Positions 1 to 10,280 are shown, counted from the first letter of the stretch. The stretch is 64,000 nucleotides of DNA from an uncultured Erysipelotrichaceae bacterium (GCA_902775285.1 CACYLI010000001.1:219697-283696); one strand, 5' to 3'. Notes: generated from the sequence alone by a model not told the origin. Translations and numbers: made by a program.

Positions 1-1169
1 TCAGTATAATCTAAAGAATCATTTATAACATCATATGATTTTTCTCCAATCATTTTTTCATTATATTCTTTAAATTCTATATTAGCATTTTCTCTAATTT
101 TAACTTCCACACCATAATCATTATTAATCTTTTCAAGTTTATCTGTTATTTTCTTTTCTAATATATTATCTAATTCATCTTTAGTTATTTCATTTAACGA
201 TATTTCATTATTTTTTAAAACATAGATTTTTTTATTTCCTATTATAAATAACAAATCATTATTTAATACAATTTCATCTATATCCTCATTTAATCTATAA
301 TCAAATAAACTAACTCTTTCATTTTCTAAATTATAAACTTTAAGATAATCATCAGAAAAATAATAAAGATGGTTATTATCTAAAAAACTTAAAGTTAATA
401 ATTCATCTTCTACTGGATTATTATAGTCTTTAATTTTATTATTTTTTACATCAAGAACATGTATCTTATCTTTATCAAAGAAATACAAACCTTTATTATA
501 TTTTCTTATACCTGTATATTTATAATTTTCACATTTATTATCCATAACATTTAATATACAACTATCATCATCTTCTATACTTGCAAAATAAAGATATATA
601 TTATCATCAAAAGAATCATATCTATAAAAATTTTTATTTGATAAATCTTTTTCTATTTTCCTAAACTCTTTATTTTTAAAGTAAATAGTATTGTTTTCGT
701 ATTTAATATAATCATCTTTATATGGTATTATTACTTTTTCTTCACCTTCATATATTGTTTTAAAACTATAATCATACATTATTTTTTTATTATCAACATA
801 ACAATCTATAAAATCATCTTCAAAATTACAATAATTATCTAAAGATGAAACTTCACCTAGTTTTTCTCTTTTATTACTATAAATATCCAACTTATAAAAT
901 TCATATTTGTCATTAGAATCAATCATGTAATAAATAGAATCTTTAATCACTTTAATTTTAAATATTTCATCCCCAGTTTCAATATTATATAAATACAAAC
1001 CATCTATTACTTTTTCTCCTAGTAAATTCTTTTTAGTTTTATTATTATCTTTTTCATTTGATGAATCTTTATTATTAAATAATAAGAAAATTATTCCAAT
1101 ACATAATAGTATAAAAAATACAAAAAATAAAACTTTAAATTTTGTTTTTAATCTCCTTCTTGTTTTCAT
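1..1169 (-). CDS. hypothetical N-terminally membrane-anchored protein; 3' end cut by the window edge
   Basis: Not in the supplied track. My own reverse-strand translation from ATG 1167-1169 (RBS AGGAG, complement of 1176-1180) reads MKTRRRLKTKFKVLFFVFFILLCIGIIFLLFNNKDSS... with no stop down to position 3. Confidence 0.55.
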   Translation of the reverse strand, partial: MKTRRRLKTKFKVLFFVFFILLCIGIIFLLFNNKDSSNEKDNNKTKKNLLGEKVIDGLYLYNIETGDEIFKIKVIKDSIYYMIDSNDKYEFYKLDIYSNKREKLGEVSSLDNYCNFEDDFIDCYVDNKKIMYDYSFKTIYEGEEKVIIPYKDDYIKYENNTIYFKNKEFRKIEKDLSNKNFYRYDSFDDNIYLYFASIEDDDSCILNVMDNKCENYKYTGIRKYNKGLYFFDKDKIHVLDVKNNKIKDYNNPVEDELLTLSFLDNNHLYYFSDDYLKVYNLENERVSLFDYRLNEDIDEIVLNNDLLFIIGNKKIYVLKNNEISLNEITKDELDNILEKKITDKLEKINNDYGVEVKIRENANIEFKEYNEKMIGEKSYDVINDSLDYT

Positions 1170-1238
1170 CATTCACTCCTTTTTATTCTAAATACCTTAC
1201 TTAAAGATTATATCATATTAAAAAATACAATATAATCT

Positions 1239-1862
1239 TTAATTATATTTTTTTACTAGTACCTTTCCTAAACTCTTATTATTTAAATCATATGTATAAT
1301 CATTACATAATTGTTCTAAATAATGAAAACTTAATTTATTATAAAAATGTCTTCCATCTCTATTAGAATTAATATTATATAAATAATCAACAATATAATA
1401 GTTATCATTACTATTATTAAGTTTTTTATTACTATCAACAATATTAATATAATTATTTTGTCCACAATTTACATATATATTAGGTATTCCATATTTTATT
1501 AATTTATTTCTTAAATCTATATTTACTTTTTTATAATAATTATTTAGATTATTTTTAATACTAATATTTTCCATATTTAAATCTATATATTCTTGAACAA
1601 TACTATATTTTTCTAACTCTTTTAATTTAGATAATAACTCTTTTAATTCACTTGAATTTTTATTATCATTATTATCTAATGATAAACTTAATAATCTTAT
1701 ATATTCATCAAATCCTTGCGCATACTTTCCCACTATTATATCAGTAGTTAATAAAGATATCTCTCTATTAATTAAAAACAACAATTTTCTATCATTATAA
1801 AGTTGTTTTTTACTTTCTTTTATTTTTAAATTATCAACAATTTCTTTAATATTATTATCCAT
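1239..1862 (-). CDS. hypothetical protein (207 aa, no recognisable motif)
   Basis: Long ORF in the track with no competing ORF. A hairpin (AAGCAT-N5-ATGCTT, ~1897-1913) lies upstream after clpB. Confidence 0.45.
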   Translation of the reverse strand: MDNNIKEIVDNLKIKESKKQLYNDRKLLFLINREISLLTTDIIVGKYAQGFDEYIRLLSLSLDNNDNKNSSELKELLSKLKELEKYSIVQEYIDLNMENISIKNNLNNYYKKVNIDLRNKLIKYGIPNIYVNCGQNNYINIVDSNKKLNNSNDNYYIVDYLYNINSNRDGRHFYNKLSFHYLEQLCNDYTYDLNNKSLGKVLVKKYN

Positions 1863-1911
1863 GTTCTCACCCTAATATAATTATACAATAAAAAATAAGC
1901 ATAATGAATGC

Positions 1912-4014
1912 TTATTTATTTATAACAAACTTATCAGTATAATCAATTACTAAATGATCCCCTTCATGTATTTTATCATTTAATAACTCTTCAGCTATTA
2001 AAGTTTCAATATTTTTAGTTACATATCTTTTAATAGGTCTAGCTCCAAATTCTTTAGTATAAGATTTTTCTATAATTGTATTTTTAGCTTTATCTGTTAA
2101 ACTAATATTTAATTTAACATTACTTAAATGTTGATTTACTACTTCTATAATTCTATCTAACACTTCATATATATGTTCTTTATCAAGAGAATTAAATATA
2201 ACTATTTCATCTATTCTATTAATTAATTCTGGTCTAAATTTTGACTTTAAAATTGACATTACTAATTCATTAACATCTTCATCTTTATCATGCTCTAGAA
2301 TAATTTCACTACCTAAATTAGATGTCATAATAATAATTGTATTTTTAAAATCAATAAGTCTACCTTGAGAATCTGTAATTCTACCATCATCAAGTATTTG
2401 TAACAAAATATTAAATACATCAGAATGAGCCTTTTCTATTTCATCAAACAATACTATTGAATATGGATTTCTTCTAACTGCTTCGGTTAATTCTCCACCT
2501 TCGTCATAACCTACATATCCAGGAGGAGCTCCTATAAGTCTAGAAACATTAAATGATTCCATATATTCAGAACAATCAATTCTAATCATATGTCTTTCAT
2601 CATCAAATAATTCATATGCAAGTGACTTAGCAACTTCAGTTTTTCCAACACCAGTAGGACCCATAAATATAAATGAACCAATTGGTCTATTTGGATCTTT
2701 AATACCACTTCTAGCTCTAATAATCGCATCACTTACAAGATTAATAGCTTCATCTTGACCCTTAACTCTTCTTTTTAAATTTTCTTTTAAAGATAATAAT
2801 TTTTCCTTTTCGCCACCAATTAATTTAGATACTGGTACATTAGTCCATTTAGATACTATTTCTGCTATATTATCTTCATCAACAATATCAGATAATACTT
2901 TATTTTCCATAGATAATTTTAATTGAGAAAGTTCAGACTCAACCTCTGGAATTTCACCATATTTAATTCTAGCTGCTTCATTCAAATCACTCTCATTTTG
3001 AGCCTTTTCAAATTTAAATTTTAATTCTTCTAATTTACTTTTCTTTTCATTTATTAAATCTTTTAATTTCTTTTCCTCTTCCCACTTCATTCTTAAATCA
3101 TCTTGTTTAATTTTTAAATCTTCCATTCTCTTTTCAATATCTTTAACTCTTATTTTAGACGCTTCATCACTTTCTTTTTTTAAAGCTTGATGTTCTATTT
3201 CTAAAGTCATAATTTCTCTATTAATAGAATCTAAACTAGAAGGAACAGAATTCATTTGCATTTTAATTGTAGCACAAGCTTCATCAACTAAATCAATTGC
3301 TTTATCAGGTAAAAATCTATCAGTTATATATCTATCAGATAAATTAACAGCAGAAACTAAAGCATTATCACGAATAGTTACACCATGATATATCTCAAAT
3401 CTTTCTTTTAATCCACGAAGAATAGTTAAAGTATCAACAACACTAGGTTCTTTTACCATAACTTTTTGAAGTCTTCTTTCAAGAGCACCATCTTTTTCTA
3501 TAAATTCACGATATTCATTTAAAGTAGTAGCACCAATTAATCTTATTTCAGCTCTAGCAAGCATTGGCTTTAACATATTTCCAACATTCATTGCATTATT
3601 AGATCCAGCTCCAACTATCATATGAATCTCATCAATAAACATAATAATGTCTCCATTACTCTCACTTACTTCTTTTAAAACAGCTTTAAATCTTTCTTCA
3701 AATTCTCCTTGATATTTAGCTCCTGCTACTAAAGAGGACAAATCAAGTTCCCAAATTCTTTTATTAATTAAATCATCAGGAACATCACCTCTAATAATTC
3801 TTTGTGCAAGACCTTCAACAATAGCGGTTTTACCTACACCTGGTTCACCAATTAAAACTGGATTATTTTTTGTTTTTCTAGATAAGATTCTAATTAGATT
3901 TCTAATTTCATCATCTCTACCAATAATAGGATCAATCTTATTGTCTTTAGCACATGCAGTTATATCTCTTCCATATTTTTCTAAAGGATTTTTATTATCA
4001 AATTCCATGTTCAT
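1912..4014 (-). CDS. clpB: ATP-dependent chaperone ClpB, short form lacking the N-terminal domain
   Basis: Two AAA+ modules ([15 protein letters not shown]; [15 protein letters not shown]) separated by a long coiled-coil middle domain. The Hsp100 signature GARPIKR is near the C-terminus. The 700-aa protein starts just upstream of the first Walker A. Confidence 0.9.
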   Translation of the reverse strand: MNMEFDNKNPLEKYGRDITACAKDNKIDPIIGRDDEIRNLIRILSRKTKNNPVLIGEPGVGKTAIVEGLAQRIIRGDVPDDLINKRIWELDLSSLVAGAKYQGEFEERFKAVLKEVSESNGDIIMFIDEIHMIVGAGSNNAMNVGNMLKPMLARAEIRLIGATTLNEYREFIEKDGALERRLQKVMVKEPSVVDTLTILRGLKERFEIYHGVTIRDNALVSAVNLSDRYITDRFLPDKAIDLVDEACATIKMQMNSVPSSLDSINREIMTLEIEHQALKKESDEASKIRVKDIEKRMEDLKIKQDDLRMKWEEEKKLKDLINEKKSKLEELKFKFEKAQNESDLNEAARIKYGEIPEVESELSQLKLSMENKVLSDIVDEDNIAEIVSKWTNVPVSKLIGGEKEKLLSLKENLKRRVKGQDEAINLVSDAIIRARSGIKDPNRPIGSFIFMGPTGVGKTEVAKSLAYELFDDERHMIRIDCSEYMESFNVSRLIGAPPGYVGYDEGGELTEAVRRNPYSIVLFDEIEKAHSDVFNILLQILDDGRITDSQGRLIDFKNTIIIMTSNLGSEIILEHDKDEDVNELVMSILKSKFRPELINRIDEIVIFNSLDKEHIYEVLDRIIEVVNQHLSNVKLNISLTDKAKNTIIEKSYTKEFGARPIKRYVTKNIETLIAEELLNDKIHEGDHLVIDYTDKFVINK

Positions 4015-4056
4015 AATACATCCCTCCTTTTAATCAAATAAATTATACAACAAAAA

Positions 4057-4083
4057 TTAGCACTCGTCAATATAGAGTGCTAA
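4057..4083. promoter_or_regulatory. CIRCE inverted repeat (HrcA operator) upstream of clpB
   Basis: Exact TTAGCACTC-N9-GAGTGCTAA read directly at 4057-4083, followed by a T-run. It lies between the clpB start (4014) and the stop of the upstream gene (4094). Confidence 0.85.
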
Positions 4084-4093
4084 TTTTTATATT

Positions 4094-6460
4094 TTATTTT
4101 GAAATAAAATGCATTGGGAAATCTACTTTAACTTTTTCTCCTGGCAAGTAATACTTATTTTCAAAAGTTGAAAACCATTTATTAACTCCAAGTACTTTTG
4201 GTAAAGTATAATAACTTCCTTCTTCATGTAAATATTTTTCCTTATTAAATACATTATCATGATTAGTTGTTACCATCCACATTCGATTACCTTTTTTATT
4301 AGTATTTACTTTTACTGCTCTTGTAGGATCTAATTGTGTATTTAATAAATAATCAATTAATGATTCAGTAGTTGCATATCCAAGATTTACAAATATCTTA
4401 GTTTCATTACCACGAGATCCTAAATATAAATAATATGGCATAACTTTTAAATCATCATATGTAAATAAAGAACCTGGTTTATTTATTATTTCTTTTCTTA
4501 TAGATGGCCATTTAATATTCTTATCAAATCCATACATATTAGATAGTGTTACTCCTGGAACAATTTGATCAGAAGTAGTTATAATATTATCAGAAATAAT
4601 ATTATAATATATTGAAGATGCTACATAATAATATTTTACTTTTTCAAATACTGTTTCAACACTAGTAACAGTTACAGGTACAATTTTACCATTAACTTCT
4701 TTAGCTACTTTTGTTCCAACTTTAATATATCCATTCCCATCATATATATTAACAAACTTATTTTCATCTAAACTAAATACTTGATGAAGTTCAACTGTCT
4801 TTAAGACACTTCCATCAGAGAATGTAGTTTTTTCATATGAATCTGCTTCTCTACTTTTTTCAATCCAAATAGGGTATTCATATGTTAAACTTCCACTTTC
4901 ATATGACCAAGCACTTAATAAATCTGTATATGTTATATCTTCTATATTTTTAGTTTTTCCATTTGCAAGTTTTATTTTACTTCCCTCAACTAAACATCCT
5001 CCACTAGTTGCAGTTACATTTATTGTAATTGGACCAGTAACATTTGGAATTTTCATAGTACCTCTATTATTATTTTCTGTCCAAGTATACTGACTATTCC
5101 TAGTTAATGTTCTTCCATTCATTGAAGCACTTATAGTATTAAAATCTCTATTACCAGATACAGTAAACACAGCTGTTAATGTTTCTCCGATAGCTATAGT
5201 ATCTGGACCACTTGATTTACTAATGTTATTTCCTAAACTATATGTTACATTAAATACCCATGTATATGTTGCTGATGTACTTTGAGAACATTTACCAGCA
5301 GATGTTTTACATTCTGTTGCTTGTGTTTTTCCACTATATCCCTTAGTGTCTACGCCATATACTTTAAAATAATATGTACCATTAGATAATCCAGTAGTTT
5401 GGAAAGTTGTATCATTATTTGTCGTAGTAAATGTAGTTATTTTATTATCTGAATCAATTGCCTCAATTATAAAATAATCTATTCCGCTTACATCAGTAGC
5501 AGACCAAGAAAGATCAACTTTACCATTACTAGCCACAAATACAGCATTAACATCACTAATAATAGGAGCATCAACATCAACTAATGATTCATCTTTAGTA
5601 ACAAGTATTTTAATATTACCTAAACTACTATTACCATCATTAGTTACAAAAATTAAATTTGTAGTTTGACTATCAGTAGCAAATGAAACATTTTTTCTTT
5701 CTATATATATATCATAGCTTTGAGTAGTATTTGCAGGAATTGTAAATGTAGATAAATTATTACCATTTGAGTCAACCAATTTAAAATTAGAATTACTTAA
5801 ATTAAATGAAAATTCTTTAGGTGAATCATATGAATTAATTACATTAACACTTACCTTATCTCTTACTTTTGGATTCTTTAAATCTAGTGTAATATTCTTT
5901 GAAATACTTCCAAGCAAGCTTCCAGTTTGCTCTTCTTCTTCACCTTGTGTTTGTACACTTGAACCACCACTAACATTATAATCTCCTGTTGTCTTAGGAT
6001 ACATATAAATAATTAATTTAAATGTTTTAGTAGTAAGTTTAGGTATAATATCACCAGGCTCAATATCTACAACATCATAAGATACATCTAAATTTTCATT
6101 ATTTGTGGTTTCAATAGAAGGAGTAAACATAGCAGATAAAAATTCATAATCATAAAATGACATATTACTCATAGTAATCTCATATTCTGCAACATACTCA
6201 TCATCTAAATTACTATCTGATTCAACAGTAAAATTTAAATTAAAGTTAATACTATCTTTAGTAAATTCAGGATTCTCAGGATTAGTAATATTACTAGAAT
6301 TAACTAATTCAACATTTGTTATTCCAACTTCTCCATTACCAGCAAATTTAACATTACCTCTAATTCCTAACTCCTGTCCATAAATAGCATATCCAACAGT
6401 TACAAATAAAAAAATAGAAAGTGTAATTATTGTTATAATAAGACTTAGCTTATTTTTCAT
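4094..6460 (-). CDS. large secreted protein: N-terminal signal anchor, beta-rich region, FN3-like module, Hint (intein-like) domain and an orphan C-terminal domain
   Basis: Track ORF is 4094..6508. I prefer the internal start MKNKLSLIITIITLS (6460), which has the RBS AGGAAGTG. FN3-like stretch: DLSWSATDVSGIDYFIIEA...GTYYFKVYGVD. Hint blocks: GGCLVEGSKIKLANGKTK, TVELHQVF and YYNIISDNIITTSD. Confidence 0.75.
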   Translation of the reverse strand: MKNKLSLIITIITLSIFLFVTVGYAIYGQELGIRGNVKFAGNGEVGITNVELVNSSNITNPENPEFTKDSINFNLNFTVESDSNLDDEYVAEYEITMSNMSFYDYEFLSAMFTPSIETTNNENLDVSYDVVDIEPGDIIPKLTTKTFKLIIYMYPKTTGDYNVSGGSSVQTQGEEEEQTGSLLGSISKNITLDLKNPKVRDKVSVNVINSYDSPKEFSFNLSNSNFKLVDSNGNNLSTFTIPANTTQSYDIYIERKNVSFATDSQTTNLIFVTNDGNSSLGNIKILVTKDESLVDVDAPIISDVNAVFVASNGKVDLSWSATDVSGIDYFIIEAIDSDNKITTFTTTNNDTTFQTTGLSNGTYYFKVYGVDTKGYSGKTQATECKTSAGKCSQSTSATYTWVFNVTYSLGNNISKSSGPDTIAIGETLTAVFTVSGNRDFNTISASMNGRTLTRNSQYTWTENNNRGTMKIPNVTGPITINVTATSGGCLVEGSKIKLANGKTKNIEDITYTDLLSAWSYESGSLTYEYPIWIEKSREADSYEKTTFSDGSVLKTVELHQVFSLDENKFVNIYDGNGYIKVGTKVAKEVNGKIVPVTVTSVETVFEKVKYYYVASSIYYNIISDNIITTSDQIVPGVTLSNMYGFDKNIKWPSIRKEIINKPGSLFTYDDLKVMPYYLYLGSRGNETKIFVNLGYATTESLIDYLLNTQLDPTRAVKVNTNKKGNRMWMVTTNHDNVFNKEKYLHEEGSYYTLPKVLGVNKWFSTFENKYYLPGEKVKVDFPMHFISK

Positions 6461-6465
6461 AATTA

Positions 6466-7497
6466 TCACTTCCTTTCTATTTTTCTTTTCTTCATTGTAT
6501 ATTTCCAAGCAATTTTATCATTTAAAAGTACAAAATAACTTCTATCAAGTCCTTTATAAAAATTAATAGGCATTCTAACTTCTCCATGAGCATCTAATAA
6601 TTCATCAAAACTAGAAACATCTATTATTTGATGATTGCTTAAATCAGGCAATTGTTTAACATTTACAATTATACTATCATAAGTATTAATAATTTTCTTT
6701 AATGTATTTTCATATAAATGTAAATCTCTTTTCTTTCTAGTAATTATTAATAATACTAAGAAACATATAATAACTGCAAATAAGTATATAACACCTACAG
6801 TTCTCATTAATTTTAATCTATCACCATCAATTGACTTAGTAACCTCTTTTACATTATTATGAGCATCTAAATCAACACTTGCTTCAACTGTCATTTCAGA
6901 TAAAGGTAACTGTAATAAAAGTTTACTTTCAATTGGAGTATCAATATTATTTCCTGATACATTACTACTAACATCTAAATAAACTTTTAATAGTCCATTT
7001 GCTGTACTTAGTCCTAAAGTTTTCTTAAATGAATTCAAAATACCATTATATTTATTATAATCTACATCTAAATTCTCATGAATACTAAATTCTCCACTAT
7101 GAGAAATTACTCCTTTTTTTTCATCAGTAATATTATAAGTTTTAGACCAATAATTAGTTTCACTATTAGATTTATTAGATTCTATAATTGCATAAACTCT
7201 ATACTTATATTCACCATCTACTAAATGATCAAATTTAATATTATAATTATAATCTACATTAATATAATCAATTAAACTAGTAATATAAGTTCTACCTTTT
7301 TCTAAGTATTTACTTTCAAAAAAATCATTTTTCTTTAAATAAACCTTATAATCAATATCATTATTTTCTTGATATTTTAAACTTAATTTCTTTTCTTCAA
7401 AATATCCACTTTTATATAGATAGACATCCATTAGAGCAAATAAAAGCATACCAAAAACACATAATACTTGGATAAGCGTATACTTTTTAGTTCTCAT
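6466..7497 (-). CDS. bitopic membrane protein, DUF5305-like SipW-operon partner
   Basis: N-terminal TM (LIQVLCVFGMLLFALMDVYL), a beta-rich ectodomain and a second TM (VGVIYLFAVIICFLVLLII). It overlaps both neighbouring genes, consistent with an operon. The family assignment is from memory of SipW neighbourhoods. Confidence 0.5.
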   Translation of the reverse strand: MRTKKYTLIQVLCVFGMLLFALMDVYLYKSGYFEEKKLSLKYQENNDIDYKVYLKKNDFFESKYLEKGRTYITSLIDYINVDYNYNIKFDHLVDGEYKYRVYAIIESNKSNSETNYWSKTYNITDEKKGVISHSGEFSIHENLDVDYNKYNGILNSFKKTLGLSTANGLLKVYLDVSSNVSGNNIDTPIESKLLLQLPLSEMTVEASVDLDAHNNVKEVTKSIDGDRLKLMRTVGVIYLFAVIICFLVLLIITRKKRDLHLYENTLKKIINTYDSIIVNVKQLPDLSNHQIIDVSSFDELLDAHGEVRMPINFYKGLDRSYFVLLNDKIAWKYTMKKRKIERK

Positions 7498-8611
7498 AAT
7501 CTATCTCACCCCTTCTAAAAAATTCATTGATCCATAATGTTGGATAACCAATGTACTTAATTTTATATTCTACTTTTCCTAATACTTCTGATGCATTTAC
7601 ATCAAAATAATCAACTCCATTATTATTATCACCTTTAGTTTTAATTGTATACCCTTTAATACTTACAATTCTATGCGTAATAATTGTTCCATTTTTATTA
7701 AATGCAATTACATCTCCTAAAACTAGATTATTAAAATCTACCTTTTCATAAATAATTGCATCCCCTTTTTCATAAACAGGCTTCATAGAATTAGAACCAA
7801 TTGCTATTAACTTATATCTAAATACCCCTGCTACTAGAATAACTATAAAAATTAAAAATGCTAGTATTGGTAAATATACAATATAAGTTGATACTTTTCT
7901 AGAATACTTATTACTCTTTTCAGCATAACTAATACTTTTACTAGAAAAATAATAAATTAAATAAACCAAAACGATATTAAAAACAGAATATAAATAATTA
8001 CCCAAAGCAGGTACTATAGGTAAAATATATCCATATAAAACTATAACACTCTTAAATATTAAACTAGGAATATAACTTACTTTATAAGTTAAATATGAAC
8101 ATAAAAATTCTCTAGAAATAACTGGTAAAACTGTTACACTAATAAAGATAAATACTAATTCTCTATTAGTAAAATCTAAACCATTTATTTCTATCATAAT
8201 ATTTAATGCAGATATTATAACAGCATAAATAATCATTGGAATATAACTATCAATTGATTTTTTTATTATTATATATCTAAGTATTTCCTCACAAATTATA
8301 ACAATAGCTTCAACAAATAATACTCTAACTATATAATTAGAATTAAAATTAAAAATACTATTATTAAATCCTGTAAATAAACCAATTGAATAAATTACTA
8401 CAAAAAATGATAATAAACAAGAAATAACAATTCTAATAACACTTGATTTAGCATAAGAATTATCTTTATATAGTCCATATAACATGAAAGAAACTATTGT
8501 TATCAAAACAATAGATAAATCAAGCATTAATGAATTTCTATATACAAAATTAAATACTATGATAGAAATAAATAGTATTAATTCTATCAAATACAATCTA
8601 ATATTTTTCAT
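7487..8611 (-). CDS. sipW: SipW-type (archaeal/ER-type S26) signal peptidase I fused to a ~250-aa polytopic N-terminal domain
   Basis: C-terminal GSNSMKPVYEKGDAIIYEKV...GDVIAF...IITHRIV matches the SipW-type catalytic core. It is preceded by about 8 hydrophobic helices. Confidence 0.75.
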   Translation of the reverse strand: MKNIRLYLIELILFISIIVFNFVYRNSLMLDLSIVLITIVSFMLYGLYKDNSYAKSSVIRIVISCLLSFFVVIYSIGLFTGFNNSIFNFNSNYIVRVLFVEAIVIICEEILRYIIIKKSIDSYIPMIIYAVIISALNIMIEINGLDFTNRELVFIFISVTVLPVISREFLCSYLTYKVSYIPSLIFKSVIVLYGYILPIVPALGNYLYSVFNIVLVYLIYYFSSKSISYAEKSNKYSRKVSTYIVYLPILAFLIFIVILVAGVFRYKLIAIGSNSMKPVYEKGDAIIYEKVDFNNLVLGDVIAFNKNGTIITHRIVSIKGYTIKTKGDNNNGVDYFDVNASEVLGKVEYKIKYIGYPTLWINEFFRRGEIDYEN

Positions 8612-8678
8612 AGAATCACTCCATGATGTAACATAAGAATTATCTCTAAAAAAGAGATAATTCTTACATTAAAAGATA

Positions 8679-9251
8679 TTATTCTGTAGCATCAAAATCT
8701 ACATAATAAAGTTTAACACCTAAATTAACTGTTTGTTCTGTTGTTGGTAAATCAGATGCATTAGCTGGATAATTATATTTAACTGTTACAGTTACTGTAG
8801 CTGTTTGAGTTTCATTTGGTTCAATAGCTATTGCTAAATTATCTGTTGTTGAACTATAAGATGTACCATCATAAGTAACAGTATGTTCAATATATTTTGA
8901 TTGAGCTTCATTTAAATTAGTTAATTCGATCTTTTTAAGTTTACCTTTAATAGTACCAAAGTTCTTAACTTTAACATCAAATGTATAAGTTGAACCTGGT
9001 GCTGGTAAAGTAACTTCATATGTAGCTTCAGTATCAGTTAATGTGTGATTAGTTGCATGAATTGCACCCTGTGTACTAGGCTCTGTAAATGAACTATCTA
9101 CAAAATGAATATCCCATTTAGCTGGAGTAAAATGTGCAGTACCATTAATTTCTAAATTACTAGCATATGTTGCAAAACCTATAGACATACCAATAACAGC
9201 AATAGATAAAACTATTATTATAATATTTTGTAAACTTCTTTCTCTTCTCAT
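8679..9251 (-). CDS. small secreted beta-rich protein, probable SipW substrate (TasA/camelysin-like class)
   Basis: Signal anchor IIIIVLSIAVIGMSIGFATYASNLEINGTAHF. The motif G[FY]AxYxxxLxIxGxxxF is shared with the 4094 protein. It is the first gene of the sipW operon. Confidence 0.5.
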   Translation of the reverse strand: MRRERSLQNIIIIVLSIAVIGMSIGFATYASNLEINGTAHFTPAKWDIHFVDSSFTEPSTQGAIHATNHTLTDTEATYEVTLPAPGSTYTFDVKVKNFGTIKGKLKKIELTNLNEAQSKYIEHTVTYDGTSYSSTTDNLAIAIEPNETQTATVTVTVKYNYPANASDLPTTEQTVNLGVKLYYVDFDATE

Positions 9252-9329
9252 ATATCCTCCTATATTCTACAATTATATTTTATCATTAAGAAATTAATTA
9301 TACAATATTTTTATTAAAAAAATTGTAAA

Positions 9330-9611
9330 CTAAATTACATTAAATATAGTTAATCCTATTATTAAAATACTTAAATCACAAAACAAGTGAACAATCCATG
9401 AAGAATATATACTATTATTTTTATCATTTAATACATTAAATATACATCCTCCAATAAATATACCAATTAATGCTACTACTTTAATAAGTACATTAAATGA
9501 ACCATTAATCATTCCAAAATTATACCTATTATAGTATTTCTTTAATAAAACATAACCAAATCCTCTAAATAATAATTCTTCTAAAAATGGATTAATAAAA
9601 ATAAAATAATT
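9330..9611 (-). pseudogene. truncated CPBP (CAAX/Abi) intramembrane protease remnant
   Basis: The track ORF (9330..9512) continues in frame upstream as NYFIFINPFLEELLFRGFGYVLLKKYYNRYNFG-MINGS..., i.e. the CPBP EExxxR motif. It is closed by a TAA at 9612-9614 with no start codon. Only about 30 aa precede the motif, and more frameshifted hydrophobic fragments run up to ~9730. Confidence 0.55.
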
Positions 9612-9769
9612 TTAAAAGTAATTTTAACATAATAATTAACAGAAAAAAACAAATCAGCATAACAAACCAATATTGAAAATAACAATAATGATATAATTAT
9701 ATAATTTCTTTTATTCTTTTTTATTCTTCATAAATTAATTATATCAATTAAAAAAGCACTTTAATAGTG

Positions 9770-10015
9770 CTATTTTCTTAATACTTTATTTACAACAAAA
9801 ATAACTAAGCATGCTCCTATAACAGAAACAAATATAGTACCTAAATATCCTGAAAAACTAATTCCAATTAATTCAAGTACCAAATCTCCTACAAACCCTC
9901 CAATAATACCTAAAACAATATCTCTTAAAAGGCCTCCTTCAGATTTCATTATTTTACCAGCTATAAAACCAGATATAGCTCCAAGCAAAATTGCTATTAA
10001 TAATTTTAATATCAT
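9770..10015 (-). CDS. GlsB/YeaQ/YmgE family stress-response membrane protein
   Basis: MILKLLIAILLGAISGFIAGKIM...GIIGGFVGDLV is a Gly-zipper TM pattern. Start chosen at the ATG after the RBS AGGAGG (track start is 10033). Confidence 0.8.
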   Translation of the reverse strand: MILKLLIAILLGAISGFIAGKIMKSEGGLLRDIVLGIIGGFVGDLVLELIGISFSGYLGTIFVSVIGACLVIFVVNKVLRK

Positions 10016-10055
10016 AAAACCTCCTATTATCATTTATGATATTAAAATAATATTA

Positions 10056-10268
10056 TTACAGAAAATCAAATATATTATTAAAAACTAATAATAAACTTAT
10101 CACAGTTAAAACTATTGTTAAAATTTTTAATACCTTTAACCTAGGATCTAAATAATTATTAATCTCTTTTGATTTTTTATTCTTATTAACAAATAACACT
10201 ATATCTACTAATAAATATAATGTTAATAAAATAACTACTATATCTAAAATTAAAATAAATATTTTCAT
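10056..10268 (-). CDS. small two-TM membrane protein
   Basis: 70-aa ORF with two hydrophobic helices, codirectional with its neighbours. Confidence 0.4.
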   Translation of the reverse strand: MKIFILILDIVVILLTLYLLVDIVLFVNKNKKSKEINNYLDPRLKVLKILTIVLTVISLLLVFNNIFDFL

Positions 10269-10280
10269 AATATCTCCAAC

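Noticed and set aside
4097-4567. Calling the post-Hint tail a polymorphic toxin
   Set aside because: There is no recognisable toxin motif, and no downstream immunity-like gene (the next gene is clpB behind CIRCE). I kept it only as a question.
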